Below are positions 50,982 through 60,370 of a stretch of 64,000 bases of DNA, piece after piece. The notes under the pieces were generated by a model. It was not told where the DNA came from. It saw nothing but the letters and a program-made list of their open reading frames with translations, and did no database searches. Position 1 is the first letter of the stretch. Each line of letters starts with the position of its first letter. Made by a program: the position numbers and the translations under genes. The DNA is taken from NCBI RefSeq assembly GCF_002087085.1, contig NZ_MWQY01000003.1, positions 62,001 through 126,000 of the forward strand, read 5' to 3'.

Positions 50982-51431
50982 TTACGCTGCCGGGTTGTCG
51001 ATGGCTACGGGGCACCGGAGGTCAAAGAGCAGATAGCCGCTCTTGTAATCCAGAGCCATATAGGCGAAGTACTGATTTGTTGCGGTGGCCGGAGCGTCTG
51101 CCATCGCGTCATCAGACGAATTGACGAAGAGAGCGCCAACGTCGGACTGAGCCGCGCCGCTGTGGGGTAGCCATACTTTCCCGCGCTTGACAACGCCCTT
51201 GATGGTGTTCGAGGTGCTGATTACTTTTGCGTCCACGCGGTCGCCATCGTCACACTCGCCGGTAAAAATCCCAGCTATCGCCTGAGATTCTGCGGTTGCG
51301 GCAACTGTCAGTTTTCCGCTCGAAAATGCCAGGATCGCCCCGGCATAGTAGGTGTCGGAATCGGCGAAAACGCCGGATATCTCATCCTGTGCGCCCACGA
51401 ATTCGCGGGCTACTCTTGCGCTAAGTGCCAT
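50982..51431 (-). CDS. Capsid decoration/cement protein
   Basis: Between protease and capsid genes; YAGAI, AQSDVG. Confidence 0.6.
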   Translation of the reverse strand: MALSARVAREFVGAQDEISGVFADSDTYYAGAILAFSSGKLTVAATAESQAIAGIFTGECDDGDRVDAKVISTSNTIKGVVKRGKVWLPHSGAAQSDVGALFVNSSDDAMADAPATATNQYFAYMALDYKSGYLLFDLRCPVAIDNPAA

Positions 51432-51434
51432 CGC

Positions 51435-52484
51435 TTACGCCTCCTTGCTGTACTTGCGATATTCGTCGAGGGTCATGCCTGCCAGCTTGGCGGCCTGGAT
51501 GTCCTCTTCGGTCAAAGCTTCGAGCCCTTCTGCGGTCTGCAGGTCCGGGGGATTTTCGCCGCTCAGTTTTCCGTCACGGACTGCAACGATTATCTGAGTC
51601 TGGACGTCGGCGAGTGCCTTACCGTCTGCTTTGGCTTTGGCGATTACCTCGGCCAGTTTCGGATTGCCGGGATCAGCTTCAAGCTGCTCATCGAGTGCTT
51701 TCTGCCGTGCCCTTTCCTGTTCCACTCCCGCCTGGATTCCGTCGTTAAAAACGGCCTCGTAAACGGCGGAGTGTTCCTTCCTCAAAAGTTCCCTATCCAT
51801 AGGAACCTCCGTATCTTCCGCCTTGTCGGCGGGGATTTGCGCCCGGCTCACGGCCGGTTTTTCTGCTTTGATTAAGGCGGCCGCCCGGTCGAGCTGCTGC
51901 CGTTCAGGTTCACTTTTAAAGATGTGTTTCATTGATTCGATTTCTGTTCTTGCCATTGCCACGGCGTCGTCTTTACTTTCTGCGCCATCGCCTGCTGGTT
52001 CGATTAAGTCGGCAAAACCGGCTTCTTTGATTTCTTCGCCGTAGAGCCATGTTTCAGCATCCATCATTGCCGAAAGCTCTTCCCGGTCTTTCCCGGTTTT
52101 CGTGGTGTAGGCTTTGAGGAGTAGCCCAGCGATGCCGTCGAGAATTTCCGCCTCTTTGCGCATATCGTTTTGATCCCCCATTGCAATTGACCATGGGTTA
52201 TGAATCATCCAGACTGCGTTGTCCTCGATGGTCACGCTGTCAGCGGCAAGGGGAATATAGGTCGCCATGGATGCGGCAAGTCCGATTACACGGGCGGTTA
52301 TTTTCCCGCCTGCGCGCCTGTAATCGCGGATCGCGTTATAAATTGCGAGCCCTTCATACACGGAGCCACCGGGGGAAGAAATTGTCAGGTCGATGTCGTC
52401 GCCGTTTGCCTCGTTGAGAGCGGCCCGAAAATCTGCGGCCATTACATCCCAGCCGATAACACCGTCAAGGTTTATCTGCTTCAT
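51435..52484 (-). CDS. ClpP-type prohead protease with C-terminal scaffold
   Basis: ISSPGGSV, GLAASMA, MIHNP, ETWL. Confidence 0.9.
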   Translation of the reverse strand: MKQINLDGVIGWDVMAADFRAALNEANGDDIDLTISSPGGSVYEGLAIYNAIRDYRRAGGKITARVIGLAASMATYIPLAADSVTIEDNAVWMIHNPWSIAMGDQNDMRKEAEILDGIAGLLLKAYTTKTGKDREELSAMMDAETWLYGEEIKEAGFADLIEPAGDGAESKDDAVAMARTEIESMKHIFKSEPERQQLDRAAALIKAEKPAVSRAQIPADKAEDTEVPMDRELLRKEHSAVYEAVFNDGIQAGVEQERARQKALDEQLEADPGNPKLAEVIAKAKADGKALADVQTQIIVAVRDGKLSGENPPDLQTAEGLEALTEEDIQAAKLAGMTLDEYRKYSKEA

Positions 52485-52714
52485 TTTTTAAGTCCCTCCA
52501 CTACGCCTACACCGAGAAGAGCTGTCCCTGCGTAAAGCAAAACTTTTCCAGCTTCGAGCGCCGTTGACGGGTCTCCGATTGCGCGGAAAATAGAAGCAAT
52601 GCCGAGGCTCAAAAGAAAAAGACCGCCGGATGATACAAGGGCAGTTCCGATTATTCGCTTGCTGGACCTGTTCCCGTTGGCGTCCTGGAATATTCCATTT
52701 TTTGTTTCTGTCAT
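52481..52714 (-). CDS. Two-TM holin-like protein
   Basis: GNRSSKR followed by two TM helices. Confidence 0.6.
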   Translation of the reverse strand: MTETKNGIFQDANGNRSSKRIIGTALVSSGGLFLLSLGIASIFRAIGDPSTALEAGKVLLYAGTALLGVGVVEGLKK

Positions 52715-53319
52715 TTTCCCTCCCCGTAAATAATTGCGTAGGGCTGAATGTTGAATGAGTATTCGTGCTTGCTGAGGTGCTGATTAAAACCGTTGTTATT
52801 GACGTAGAACTGCGGGTATGGATCGTTGATGATTAGCTGCTCTGTAAAATCGTCATAAGCAACAACAGCGATATAGTGGCCGGGTTTCTTTTTTGCTATC
52901 TGGACTGCTCTTCCGCTTGATACGATGTCCGCTATTTCCTGAAAATCGAAAATCCAGCGGAAAACGCACTCAACGCCGAAAACTTCCTTGACAGCTGTCG
53001 GGTAATACTGCGGGACTTCGTGCGGGGAATATTTCGTATCGTCCGGGCGTGTTTCTTTTCGCACCTCTGAGAGTACCGGCCAATTTCTTTGGTCATGGAA
53101 CCAGAGGGTAAGAACATCCTCCGGTTGTGGTGACCATCCTGCTGGGGTCAGTGTGTCGATTTCTGCGCCGATGGACGCAAGGCAATTTATTGCGGTGGTA
53201 GGCCCACAGGTGACGGCTGACTCTTCGGCCTTGTAGCGTCTCAGCACTTCCTCAAGCGCGTTGTTGACTTGCGTGTAATAGCGGTACGGATCATTCCAAT
53301 AGGGGGTGCCTTTAATCAC
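52711..53319 (-). CDS. C39-like (papain-fold) peptidase, endolysin candidate
   Basis: YYTQ...TCGPT, GHYIAVVAYD, IINDP; GTG start at 53319 overlaps the portal stop. Confidence 0.8.
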   Translation of the reverse strand: MIKGTPYWNDPYRYYTQVNNALEEVLRRYKAEESAVTCGPTTAINCLASIGAEIDTLTPAGWSPQPEDVLTLWFHDQRNWPVLSEVRKETRPDDTKYSPHEVPQYYPTAVKEVFGVECVFRWIFDFQEIADIVSSGRAVQIAKKKPGHYIAVVAYDDFTEQLIINDPYPQFYVNNNGFNQHLSKHEYSFNIQPYAIIYGEGK

Positions 53320-54880
53320 TGCCGCCCCCTGGTGCCGGGTCGTCGGTCGGAGTATCGGGGGCAAGCTCCGGGTCTATCGGCTGGTTCGCCTCCCGCCTGA
53401 GTTCATTTTCTTTTTTCAGCCGTTCGATATTTTCGCGGAAAGACGATCCGTTATGTGCTTTTGCTTCCCGTTCGCCGGTCGTGTGGCCGAGGTCGATTCT
53501 TGTCTTTACCGCATTGACTTCTTTTACCGGGTCAACAACCGGGCGGCTGATTCCGTTCCATGTTCCGGCCAGCCATGCGCGACGGGCAATCGGGAGTGTC
53601 TTAAATCCAGGGGCCTTGATATTTCCGGCGTCAACCTCTTCGGAAAACCACGCCTCGAAAGCGGGGTCTAAAAATCCATAGGCAAAATCGGAACGGCGCC
53701 TGATTACGTTATTCCAGAAAAAGAGGATTTCCGCGCGGGCGGCTGAATAGCTTCCTTGGAATTTCTGCCGATAAACTGAGAGCGGCATACCAATAGCAGA
53801 GCAGATCATGTTTTCATGGATCTCAACAAAAGCGGCATAATTCGGGTTCGGGTGCTGAGGCTGGTACGCCTTCATGCTTTGACCCTTTCCTAGATTCTGC
53901 TGGATCAGAGCGCGTTTACCGATGCGGACTTCCCTGGGGCCGTCCTCCATGCCGTTGACGTTTGCCGAAAGGTCAGTACTCCCGGTAGGTTTTATCGGGA
54001 TTTTCTTTTCCCCGCCTATTGCCGTTTCAATCGACATAAGCCAGAGGGCCGACGCTATGGAATTCTCAATTTCCGTGATTGACATTTCTGTCAGCCGGTC
54101 GAGTTCGTAGACCATGGCTGAAAGTTCTGGAAAGCCTCTGAACTGTTCCGGGGTCTCCTGGTTGGCGTCGTAAATTACAAAACGGCGGCCAGAACGAGGG
54201 CCGAACATGGGAACGCGCTTAGGTGCTTCTGACCAATTTGACAGGTCATCACGTACATAGATTGCAACCATGTGCCCGGTCGAGTCGTATTCTATGCCTT
54301 CTTTGACAGTTGACTTCCGGGCCTTGATCGCTTCGAGTGTCGGGTTATCATAGGGCTGTTGTATTTGATCGTTATTCAGGATTTGCAGAGACAGTGGGTT
54401 CATTCTGGACGGCGAGTTCATGTAACGGCATATTGCGAAAGTCTCGCCTTCTTTGACCCGGAGCGCGTAGGTCGATGTCTGCAATTGCTGGAAGGTCAGC
54501 ATCCCTTTTATGTCAGACTCTTTTGATTCGCTGTATAACTGCCAGCGCTTCTCGACGTCCTCTGTCCACTGGTAGCGCTCTTCATCTGACCAGCCGGAAA
54601 CACCTGGAATCAGGTTCCATATCGGCGTACACTCACGGGTCAGGCCGGTATTTATTACGTTGTCAACCAACCTGCGGACAATTCCACGGGCAATCAGGGA
54701 ATCAGCATAGACGCCCCGGGCGTTTTCGCGTTGGCGGCTGTAATCGGTATATCCTGCCTCGTTGTAATGGATGTGTCCGTATTTTGCTTTGCCGGAATTG
54801 AACGTCCTGCCGTTGTTGTAGTCCGAATCGTGGACGCGCTGATAAACTACTTTAGGCCGTAGAAAATCAAAAAATCCCAT
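53312..54880 (-). CDS. Portal protein (lambda gpB type)
   Basis: GETF, GIEYD, QFRGFP, SYSAARA, VDPVKE. Confidence 0.92.
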   Translation of the reverse strand: MGFFDFLRPKVVYQRVHDSDYNNGRTFNSGKAKYGHIHYNEAGYTDYSRQRENARGVYADSLIARGIVRRLVDNVINTGLTRECTPIWNLIPGVSGWSDEERYQWTEDVEKRWQLYSESKESDIKGMLTFQQLQTSTYALRVKEGETFAICRYMNSPSRMNPLSLQILNNDQIQQPYDNPTLEAIKARKSTVKEGIEYDSTGHMVAIYVRDDLSNWSEAPKRVPMFGPRSGRRFVIYDANQETPEQFRGFPELSAMVYELDRLTEMSITEIENSIASALWLMSIETAIGGEKKIPIKPTGSTDLSANVNGMEDGPREVRIGKRALIQQNLGKGQSMKAYQPQHPNPNYAAFVEIHENMICSAIGMPLSVYRQKFQGSYSAARAEILFFWNNVIRRRSDFAYGFLDPAFEAWFSEEVDAGNIKAPGFKTLPIARRAWLAGTWNGISRPVVDPVKEVNAVKTRIDLGHTTGEREAKAHNGSSFRENIERLKKENELRREANQPIDPELAPDTPTDDPAPGGGSD

Positions 54881-55116
54881 CAGCGTGTCACCTCGATGGA
54901 GACGATCCCGGCGGTGTTTTCGTAATCAAGATCGTTGAGGCGTTCGGCGAGATGGTCGCGGTAGGTTTTCAGATTCGGGAGGCTTTCCCGCGTAACCTGG
55001 ACGTCTCCCATGCCGTCATTCAGGCGGTAGGTTTTACCACCCGATATGACAGCATTAATGGCGCTGTCTACTGATTTGATCTGCTCTATTAGTTCGTCGC
55101 GAGTATATAACTCCAC
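54880..55116 (-). CDS. Head-tail adaptor (lambda gpW-like)
   Basis: 78 aa directly before the portal; AINAVISGGKTYRL...VTRESL. Confidence 0.72.
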   Translation of the reverse strand: MELYTRDELIEQIKSVDSAINAVISGGKTYRLNDGMGDVQVTRESLPNLKTYRDHLAERLNDLDYENTAGIVSIEVTR

Positions 55117-55215
55117 GTAATGATGTTATCATGTCATTACATTTAAGACGCCAAAAACGCTACATACGGCGTATTCGTTTTGTAAATAATCCTACATTTA
55201 GTGTTTGATTTTTTT

Positions 55216-55452
55216 CTAAGACACTATAGCCGAGTCTATGCGGTCAATTGCCCGGTCCATAATCTTGCGGATATCGGTAAACTCATCATGCAATTTCCGC
55301 AAAGTCCTTACCTGGGAAATCGTCAGTTCCGCCATTTCGTAAGTAGTCCAGCGGTATCCACACTCAACACATTGACGCCGCCGACGCGTTTCGCCAGGAG
55401 AGAGCCTTGTCTCAACAACGGTTGATTTCCCGCCGCATTTTATACAGTTCAT
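55216..55452 (-). CDS. Zinc-ribbon protein (NrdR N-terminal / Ogr-like), putative late regulator
   Basis: CIKCG...VVETR...RRRRQCVECGYRWTTYE; no ATP cone. Confidence 0.75.
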   Translation of the reverse strand: MNCIKCGGKSTVVETRLSPGETRRRRQCVECGYRWTTYEMAELTISQVRTLRKLHDEFTDIRKIMDRAIDRIDSAIVS

Positions 55453-55459
55453 AGAATTA

Positions 55460-57412
55460 TCACCCCTCTAAATAATCCCAGAATTCATGCCATGAGAGGA
55501 CCGTGTCCTCTTCAAGATTTCCGTTTTCTTTTAACACTGCCTCGACGTATTCCCGGTATGCGTAGACCATTGCCAGCGCGTATTTGCGGCAGTCAAGCTG
55601 CTCATTTTTCCCGGTCTGGACCCATTTCAATTTTGCAACACCGCTTTTATCGCGTTCCATGACCCGCTGTTCATTAGTCAACTGGATAAAATGCTGACGC
55701 GGATAATCTGACGGAAAATGGCAATATCCGCGCGGTGTGTTTCCGCTTTCAAACTCGCCTTTTGCGATAAATGAATAAATCTCCTGTTTTAGCAGGTTGT
55801 CATTGACGTCAATACGAAAATGTTTATGCCCTATGCACTCGGTAGGCTGGATATATTTCCGATCCTTGTTCAAATAGGTCTGCCCCATGACAGGATGGAC
55901 GCCAGATTCAAACGTATCGCAGAACGAATACACGGTCTCGGTATTGTACCCTGAGTCAACTCCTGAAAGTGTCGGCTGCATTCCGGCGTATTTCGTGGTA
56001 ATGATTGACCGCAATGCTGACCAGCACGGAGACTCAAGATCGCCGGTATCGCCGGGAATAACCTCATACCGGATTGACCAGCTTTCAAAATCGCGGCCCC
56101 ATGCGACAACTTCACATTCTATGCGGGAATTCTCGCCACCCTGGACGTCTGCGCCAACGGTGATAATCAGCGGTTTCGCGTCTTCTGGAAGTGTGCCGGA
56201 AACGTATGTCTTATTGCGGGATAGTAGCGCCTCAATTTTCGGGCGTCCTCCGTAATCCTCGAAAGGTTCGCCAAGAAAAGTATTTACCCAGTTTTGCATT
56301 TTTAGTTTGGGCTTACCTTCGTGCTTTATTTGCAAGAATTCCACAACGGCATTTTCCCACGAGCGGAAACCGACCGGGGAAAGTAATCCAGGGATGTGGT
56401 AACTCCTCATACTTGGACGCCGTGGTTCCGCAGTTGGTCGCCATTCGCCGCGTGGAAGAAACCAGTCTTTATCCGCGTTCTCCCATTCCCCGCCGCATTT
56501 TTCGCATACGTAGCGGACAGATGATTCTATTATCTGACCGTCATCGTTGTAGGTAGCAATCAGGCGGTCATCTTCGTCATGTTCAAATTTTAATCCTCCA
56601 GGAGTGTCCTTTTCGCCCCATCGTAAAAACTGCATATGCCCGCAGTGCTTACACGGTACAAAGTATTTCCTCTGATCGCCTTCTTTGTAAAGTGAATAGA
56701 TTTTTGAGTTGTGCTTAAATAGTGGAGTGCTTCCCCATAAGATTTTGTAACTCTCGGAAAAAGCATCAACGCGCCGACGTATTAAATAAATTGGATCGCC
56801 TTCTTTTCCAGTGGAATCAGGGAAAGCGTCAACCTCGTCAACGTTTATTTTTTTAAAACTCATTGATCGAAGTTTTGCGCCTGAGTTCGGACCAGCTGCA
56901 ACCAGGAACCCGCCGGGAAATTCTTTCCGAGTTTTTATGTCTCCGGTTTTCCGCTGCCCTTCGCGTTTTGACTGTGCGCCGATCTTGTGACCAATACCGG
57001 AATTATTTATCATTGAGTCAATGCGGAGTTCCATTTGTGTATCGGCAAGTCCAGCGTCCCCGGTTACGTAAAGCATCGGGGCCGGGGCGATGTCGATTGT
57101 GTAGCCTATAAAGTTTTCAATCGCGCCAACGGTGAACATTATCTGTGTACCCTTTAAGACTGCCACCTCATGAATCGGAGAGCTTTCCGAAAGGCTGTCA
57201 ACTATCTCGCGCATATACGGGTTTACGTCGAAACTGTAAGGACCTGGATACGGCGTCAAACCTTCTGACAGCGTTCTATTTTCTTCGGCCCATTCTGAAA
57301 TTAAAACTCGTTCTATTTTGCGCGGAGTTCTTTCTAAAAGCTTAATAAGCCATTCAAGAGATTCGACGCGTTTTTGTTTTGTGAATAATTCGTCTTGAAT
57401 TATTTCAGTCAT
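55460..57412 (-). CDS. Terminase large subunit (lambda GpA type)
   Basis: KGTQIMFT, VDEVD, STP, YFVPCKHCG, NTFLGE, GADVQ, NEQLDC. Confidence 0.95.
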   Translation of the reverse strand: MTEIIQDELFTKQKRVESLEWLIKLLERTPRKIERVLISEWAEENRTLSEGLTPYPGPYSFDVNPYMREIVDSLSESSPIHEVAVLKGTQIMFTVGAIENFIGYTIDIAPAPMLYVTGDAGLADTQMELRIDSMINNSGIGHKIGAQSKREGQRKTGDIKTRKEFPGGFLVAAGPNSGAKLRSMSFKKINVDEVDAFPDSTGKEGDPIYLIRRRVDAFSESYKILWGSTPLFKHNSKIYSLYKEGDQRKYFVPCKHCGHMQFLRWGEKDTPGGLKFEHDEDDRLIATYNDDGQIIESSVRYVCEKCGGEWENADKDWFLPRGEWRPTAEPRRPSMRSYHIPGLLSPVGFRSWENAVVEFLQIKHEGKPKLKMQNWVNTFLGEPFEDYGGRPKIEALLSRNKTYVSGTLPEDAKPLIITVGADVQGGENSRIECEVVAWGRDFESWSIRYEVIPGDTGDLESPCWSALRSIITTKYAGMQPTLSGVDSGYNTETVYSFCDTFESGVHPVMGQTYLNKDRKYIQPTECIGHKHFRIDVNDNLLKQEIYSFIAKGEFESGNTPRGYCHFPSDYPRQHFIQLTNEQRVMERDKSGVAKLKWVQTGKNEQLDCRKYALAMVYAYREYVEAVLKENGNLEEDTVLSWHEFWDYLEG

Positions 57413-57917
57413 CTAAATTAACCTTGATTATTTTTCGCGCTTCCTCTTGTGCATTTTTTACCGTTTTGTCAATTGCTTTTTCAACTTCCTTTTCGATGCG
57501 ATCACGGAGAATTGTATCGCCTCGGCCTACACGATTTCCAATTTGAAGAAAATTATTTTTAATTCCTGAAATAAAAGAGCCGAAAGTTAAAGCCACATCA
57601 TGACGGAGAATTAAATGCTTGTCTTCCCGCGCTGCTTCCCTATCTTGTTTTTTTATTTGATTTTCTCTGTATAAAATATCTACTTTTATTTTTTCCTTTT
57701 CGAGTTCTTCGCGGTCTGATTCATCCAGGTCAGACGAGGCTGATCTTTTGAGTTGCAGAATTGCCTTTTCAATTAACGGCTCTGTAACCCAATCCCAGAC
57801 TTCCGGTTCAAGAAGGTCATATTTGCCGTCCTCGGTCTTACGCAAATTAGCCCTACTTACCGTAGACGGGGCACATCCTCTTAGCTCTGCAATCTGTGAC
57901 CTGCTGAGTAGTATCAT
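57405..57917 (-). CDS. Terminase small subunit (Nu1-like)
   Basis: N-terminal HTH (SRSQIAELRGCAPSTVSR) plus coiled coil; overlaps terL. Confidence 0.8.
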   Translation of the reverse strand: MILLSRSQIAELRGCAPSTVSRANLRKTEDGKYDLLEPEVWDWVTEPLIEKAILQLKRSASSDLDESDREELEKEKIKVDILYRENQIKKQDREAAREDKHLILRHDVALTFGSFISGIKNNFLQIGNRVGRGDTILRDRIEKEVEKAIDKTVKNAQEEARKIIKVNLDD

Positions 57918-58082
57918 ATGCGTGCGTGCGCCCCCTTGACGATTCGGCACTGTGGTAAAATCTTCCGGGGTGTGGGGAAAGACCCATCACCGGGTACCCC
58001 CCGTCTCACAGTACCTTTTAATTGTGTGCCTGCGTGTACGTACACGTTTGCCCGTGGTGCGATCTTTAACCCATAGGTGGTG

Positions 58083-58349
58083 TCAATCTTCATCCATGGC
58101 CCTTTCTGTGGCGTGTGGGGGTTTTTCACTATGATTGCGGATTGCTTCGGCTCTCTCTTTCCAATCCTGGAACCGTTTGTATATGTTTTCTGACCCATCC
58201 TCTGAATCAATCTCTACCCAGAACTCTACCCCATCAGATTCATAGATATCAAAGAACTCATCAATCAATTCAATGATCTCCTCCCGCTCTTCTTGTCTGG
58301 CGATAGCAACGGCACTATCAATTTTGAGTTGCATGATCCCGCTTTTCAT
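58083..58349 (-). CDS. Hypothetical phage protein
   Basis: ORF; start moved to MKSGIMQ. Confidence 0.5.
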   Translation of the reverse strand: MKSGIMQLKIDSAVAIARQEEREEIIELIDEFFDIYESDGVEFWVEIDSEDGSENIYKRFQDWKERAEAIRNHSEKPPHATERAMDED

Positions 58350-58383
58350 AACGGCACCACCTGCGCCTGTTCCTCTTTGTCCA

Positions 58384-58536
58384 TTAGTTCCTCCTGATAA
58401 TTTTAGTGGCGACATAGTACGCTAAAAAATATTCAGCTACAAAAAAAGCATATCTTTGTATCGAAAGGCTCTGAGATTCCCACACCGCAATTGACAAAGT
58501 GTTCATAATGAGTAAAGCCATGCAAATACGTGCCAT
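58384..58536 (-). CDS. Small hydrophobic protein (50 aa)
   Basis: Hand-translated MARICMALLIMNTLSIAVWESQ...KIIRRN; start coupled to the upstream stop. Confidence 0.45.
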   Translation of the reverse strand: MARICMALLIMNTLSIAVWESQSLSIQRYAFFVAEYFLAYYVATKIIRRN

Positions 58537-58889
58537 TATTTATTCCTCCTGATATTTTTCTTTTTTCCAAGGCCCTCAAATATCGCCTTGATTTTCTGCA
58601 TATTTTCCTCGATTTCTTCCTCCGTAAATTCCCGCTCTTCAATCTGCAAAACCGGGCTTTCAAGTTCCCTCCATTTTTGCTCAGGAATCGCCTTGAACGC
58701 CTTTTCAAGTTCCGCTACTCCCGGAGGCATCCTCAAAGACGGACTATGAACCATCACAACCTCAGCGAAAATAAGCGGCAGGCATTTCTCGCTTTTTTTG
58801 TTCAACCACATTGAGACGTATTTTTTTTGCGTTGGGGTGTAGTTACCGAAATACCCTTGCGCCTCGTTAATAAATTGTTCGGTTGTCAA
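58536..58889 (-). CDS. Replication accessory protein (helicase loader/inhibitor-like candidate)
   Basis: Directly downstream of the initiator; MPPGVAEL motif. Confidence 0.5.
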   Translation of the reverse strand: MTTEQFINEAQGYFGNYTPTQKKYVSMWLNKKSEKCLPLIFAEVVMVHSPSLRMPPGVAELEKAFKAIPEQKWRELESPVLQIEEREFTEEEIEENMQKIKAIFEGLGKKKNIRRNK

Positions 58890-59878
58890 AATATTATCTC
58901 CTCTGGATCGTACTCCTCTGCCGCTTCTGCTGCCTGGTACTGGTCAGCTAATGCCGTTACAACCTCCGGCCAGAACTGCACAATGCGCGAAGGTATCACC
59001 GGCGTTCCCCGGATCCTCTTATCGTTCCCGGTCTGCCGCATTTCAAGGAATTGAGAAAATACAGCCTTGGCAAGATCGCCCTCGTTGGTGTACGGCGTCT
59101 CCTTGTACAAGGCCCGGGTTTTCTTTGCGAGCTGATTTACCTGAGACCGCTCCTTGCCGTAGTTGGACCATGAGGTATGAGGCTGCACCCTGGTGATCAT
59201 TTCTTGCCACATTTGGGCTAAATCGTCTTTCATCGGGGCGATGTCTTTGGATTGTTTAGAATCGGATTGTACCGCAGGTAGAGACTCCGCAGGAGGCTCC
59301 GGCTGTGCCGTCTCCACTTCTCCTATACTCTCTATACTCTCCTCTACTCTACTCTGTTCGGGGGTTCGCGTCATATTTCCGACATATTGCCGACATATTG
59401 CAGCGGTTTCATATTCTTCCGGTATTTCTTGGTGATTCTGGCAATCCTGGGAAAATGCTGTCATATTACCGGAAATTGCCGTCAATATGCCGTCAGTTTC
59501 AGCAATTACATTCTCTCTGCTGGGTAATTTTACCTTTCTCCGGCGATACAGCTCGGATAATTCTTGGACAAAATCCTCAGAATAGATTACATTTCTTTCT
59601 TCCCAGAGATCCTTGTCCAGCTTCCCAGATCTGACCATGTCGCCGATCATTACGCGGATTTCATTCTCAGTGAGGCCACAATATTCGTTGAATCTGTCCT
59701 TGTCGAAGTCTTCAACATAGGGGTAATAGTGCCCCGGCGATTGTGCAAGCCAGCGTAAAATCTGAGTAAAAAAACCGATGCCAGCAAGCCCGTATTTCTT
59801 TTGGAGGATAAAAAGCGTTCTACCATCTCGGACAAAAAACGGGAAGTATTCAACGGTGTCCTTAATCTTGTTTGCCAT
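58886..59878 (-). CDS. Phage replication initiator (DUF4373/Lin1244-like N-terminus)
   Basis: VEYFPF...KYGLAGIGFF; low-complexity linker EQSRVEESIESIG; internal DNA repeats. Confidence 0.75.
   Translation of the reverse strand: MANKIKDTVEYFPFFVRDGRTLFILQKKYGLAGIGFFTQILRWLAQSPGHYYPYVEDFDKDRFNEYCGLTENEIRVMIGDMVRSGKLDKDLWEERNVIYSEDFVQELSELYRRRKVKLPSRENVIAETDGILTAISGNMTAFSQDCQNHQEIPEEYETAAICRQYVGNMTRTPEQSRVEESIESIGEVETAQPEPPAESLPAVQSDSKQSKDIAPMKDDLAQMWQEMITRVQPHTSWSNYGKERSQVNQLAKKTRALYKETPYTNEGDLAKAVFSQFLEMRQTGNDKRIRGTPVIPSRIVQFWPEVVTALADQYQAAEAAEEYDPEEIIF
59368..59500. repeat. Iteron-like 11-bp repeats (candidate phage origin)
   Basis: CCGACATATTG twice in tandem (59379-59400) plus imperfect copies. 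Confidence 0.6.
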
Positions 59879-59879
59879 T

Positions 59880-60110
59880 CTACCCTTCCAGTAATTTCGT
59901 TTCGCACATTTCAATAAACTTGTCGCTTACGTGTTCATACATATCAGTGCCGTCATGGTTTTTTATTTCCAGGTCTTCAACATAAGGGTCAATTTCCCTG
60001 GTGCCGTTCGGTACGTCTGGGTCGCCTTCCCAATCGCCTGAAATAATCACGCCGGAAATATCAAATCCGTAAAAATAGGCGCTTACTCTTTCGCGTGCTG
60101 GTCTCTTCAT
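59880..60110 (-). CDS. Hypothetical phage protein
   Basis: Coupled ORF in the early operon. Confidence 0.6.
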   Translation of the reverse strand: MKRPARERVSAYFYGFDISGVIISGDWEGDPDVPNGTREIDPYVEDLEIKNHDGTDMYEHVSDKFIEMCETKLLEG

Positions 60111-60370
60111 TTAATCTCCAACTTCTCGCCGCAGAATAGACAGTCCCCGGGGAAATCTTCGCTGAGGTGATCGTTCCACTCGTTGCAGTGTGGACAATAG
60201 AGCGGATGGAAGTCTTTAACGATCTTCATAAAATGCCGTCCAAATCCTTCGCAGTTTTTCCGGGATAACGCCTCTTTATTTTTCATGCGGATTTCCTGCC
60301 AGTGGTCCGTTATTTTTTCAAACGGCTTCGGGATCAACTCAGCTACGTCGCCTTCGTGTGTTGCCATCAT
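60107..60370 (-). CDS. Hypothetical zinc-finger protein
   Basis: CPHC...CLFCG; ATGA overlap. Confidence 0.6.
   Translation of the reverse strand: MMATHEGDVAELIPKPFEKITDHWQEIRMKNKEALSRKNCEGFGRHFMKIVKDFHPLYCPHCNEWNDHLSEDFPGDCLFCGEKLEIK

Noticed and set aside
55216..55452. Host nrdR gene
   Set aside because: Only the zinc ribbon is present with no ATP cone, and it lies inside the phage packaging module.
58346..58384. 12-codon mini-ORF MDKEEQAQVVPL with a strong SD
   Set aside because: Most simply a remnant at a mosaic junction; nothing supports a function.
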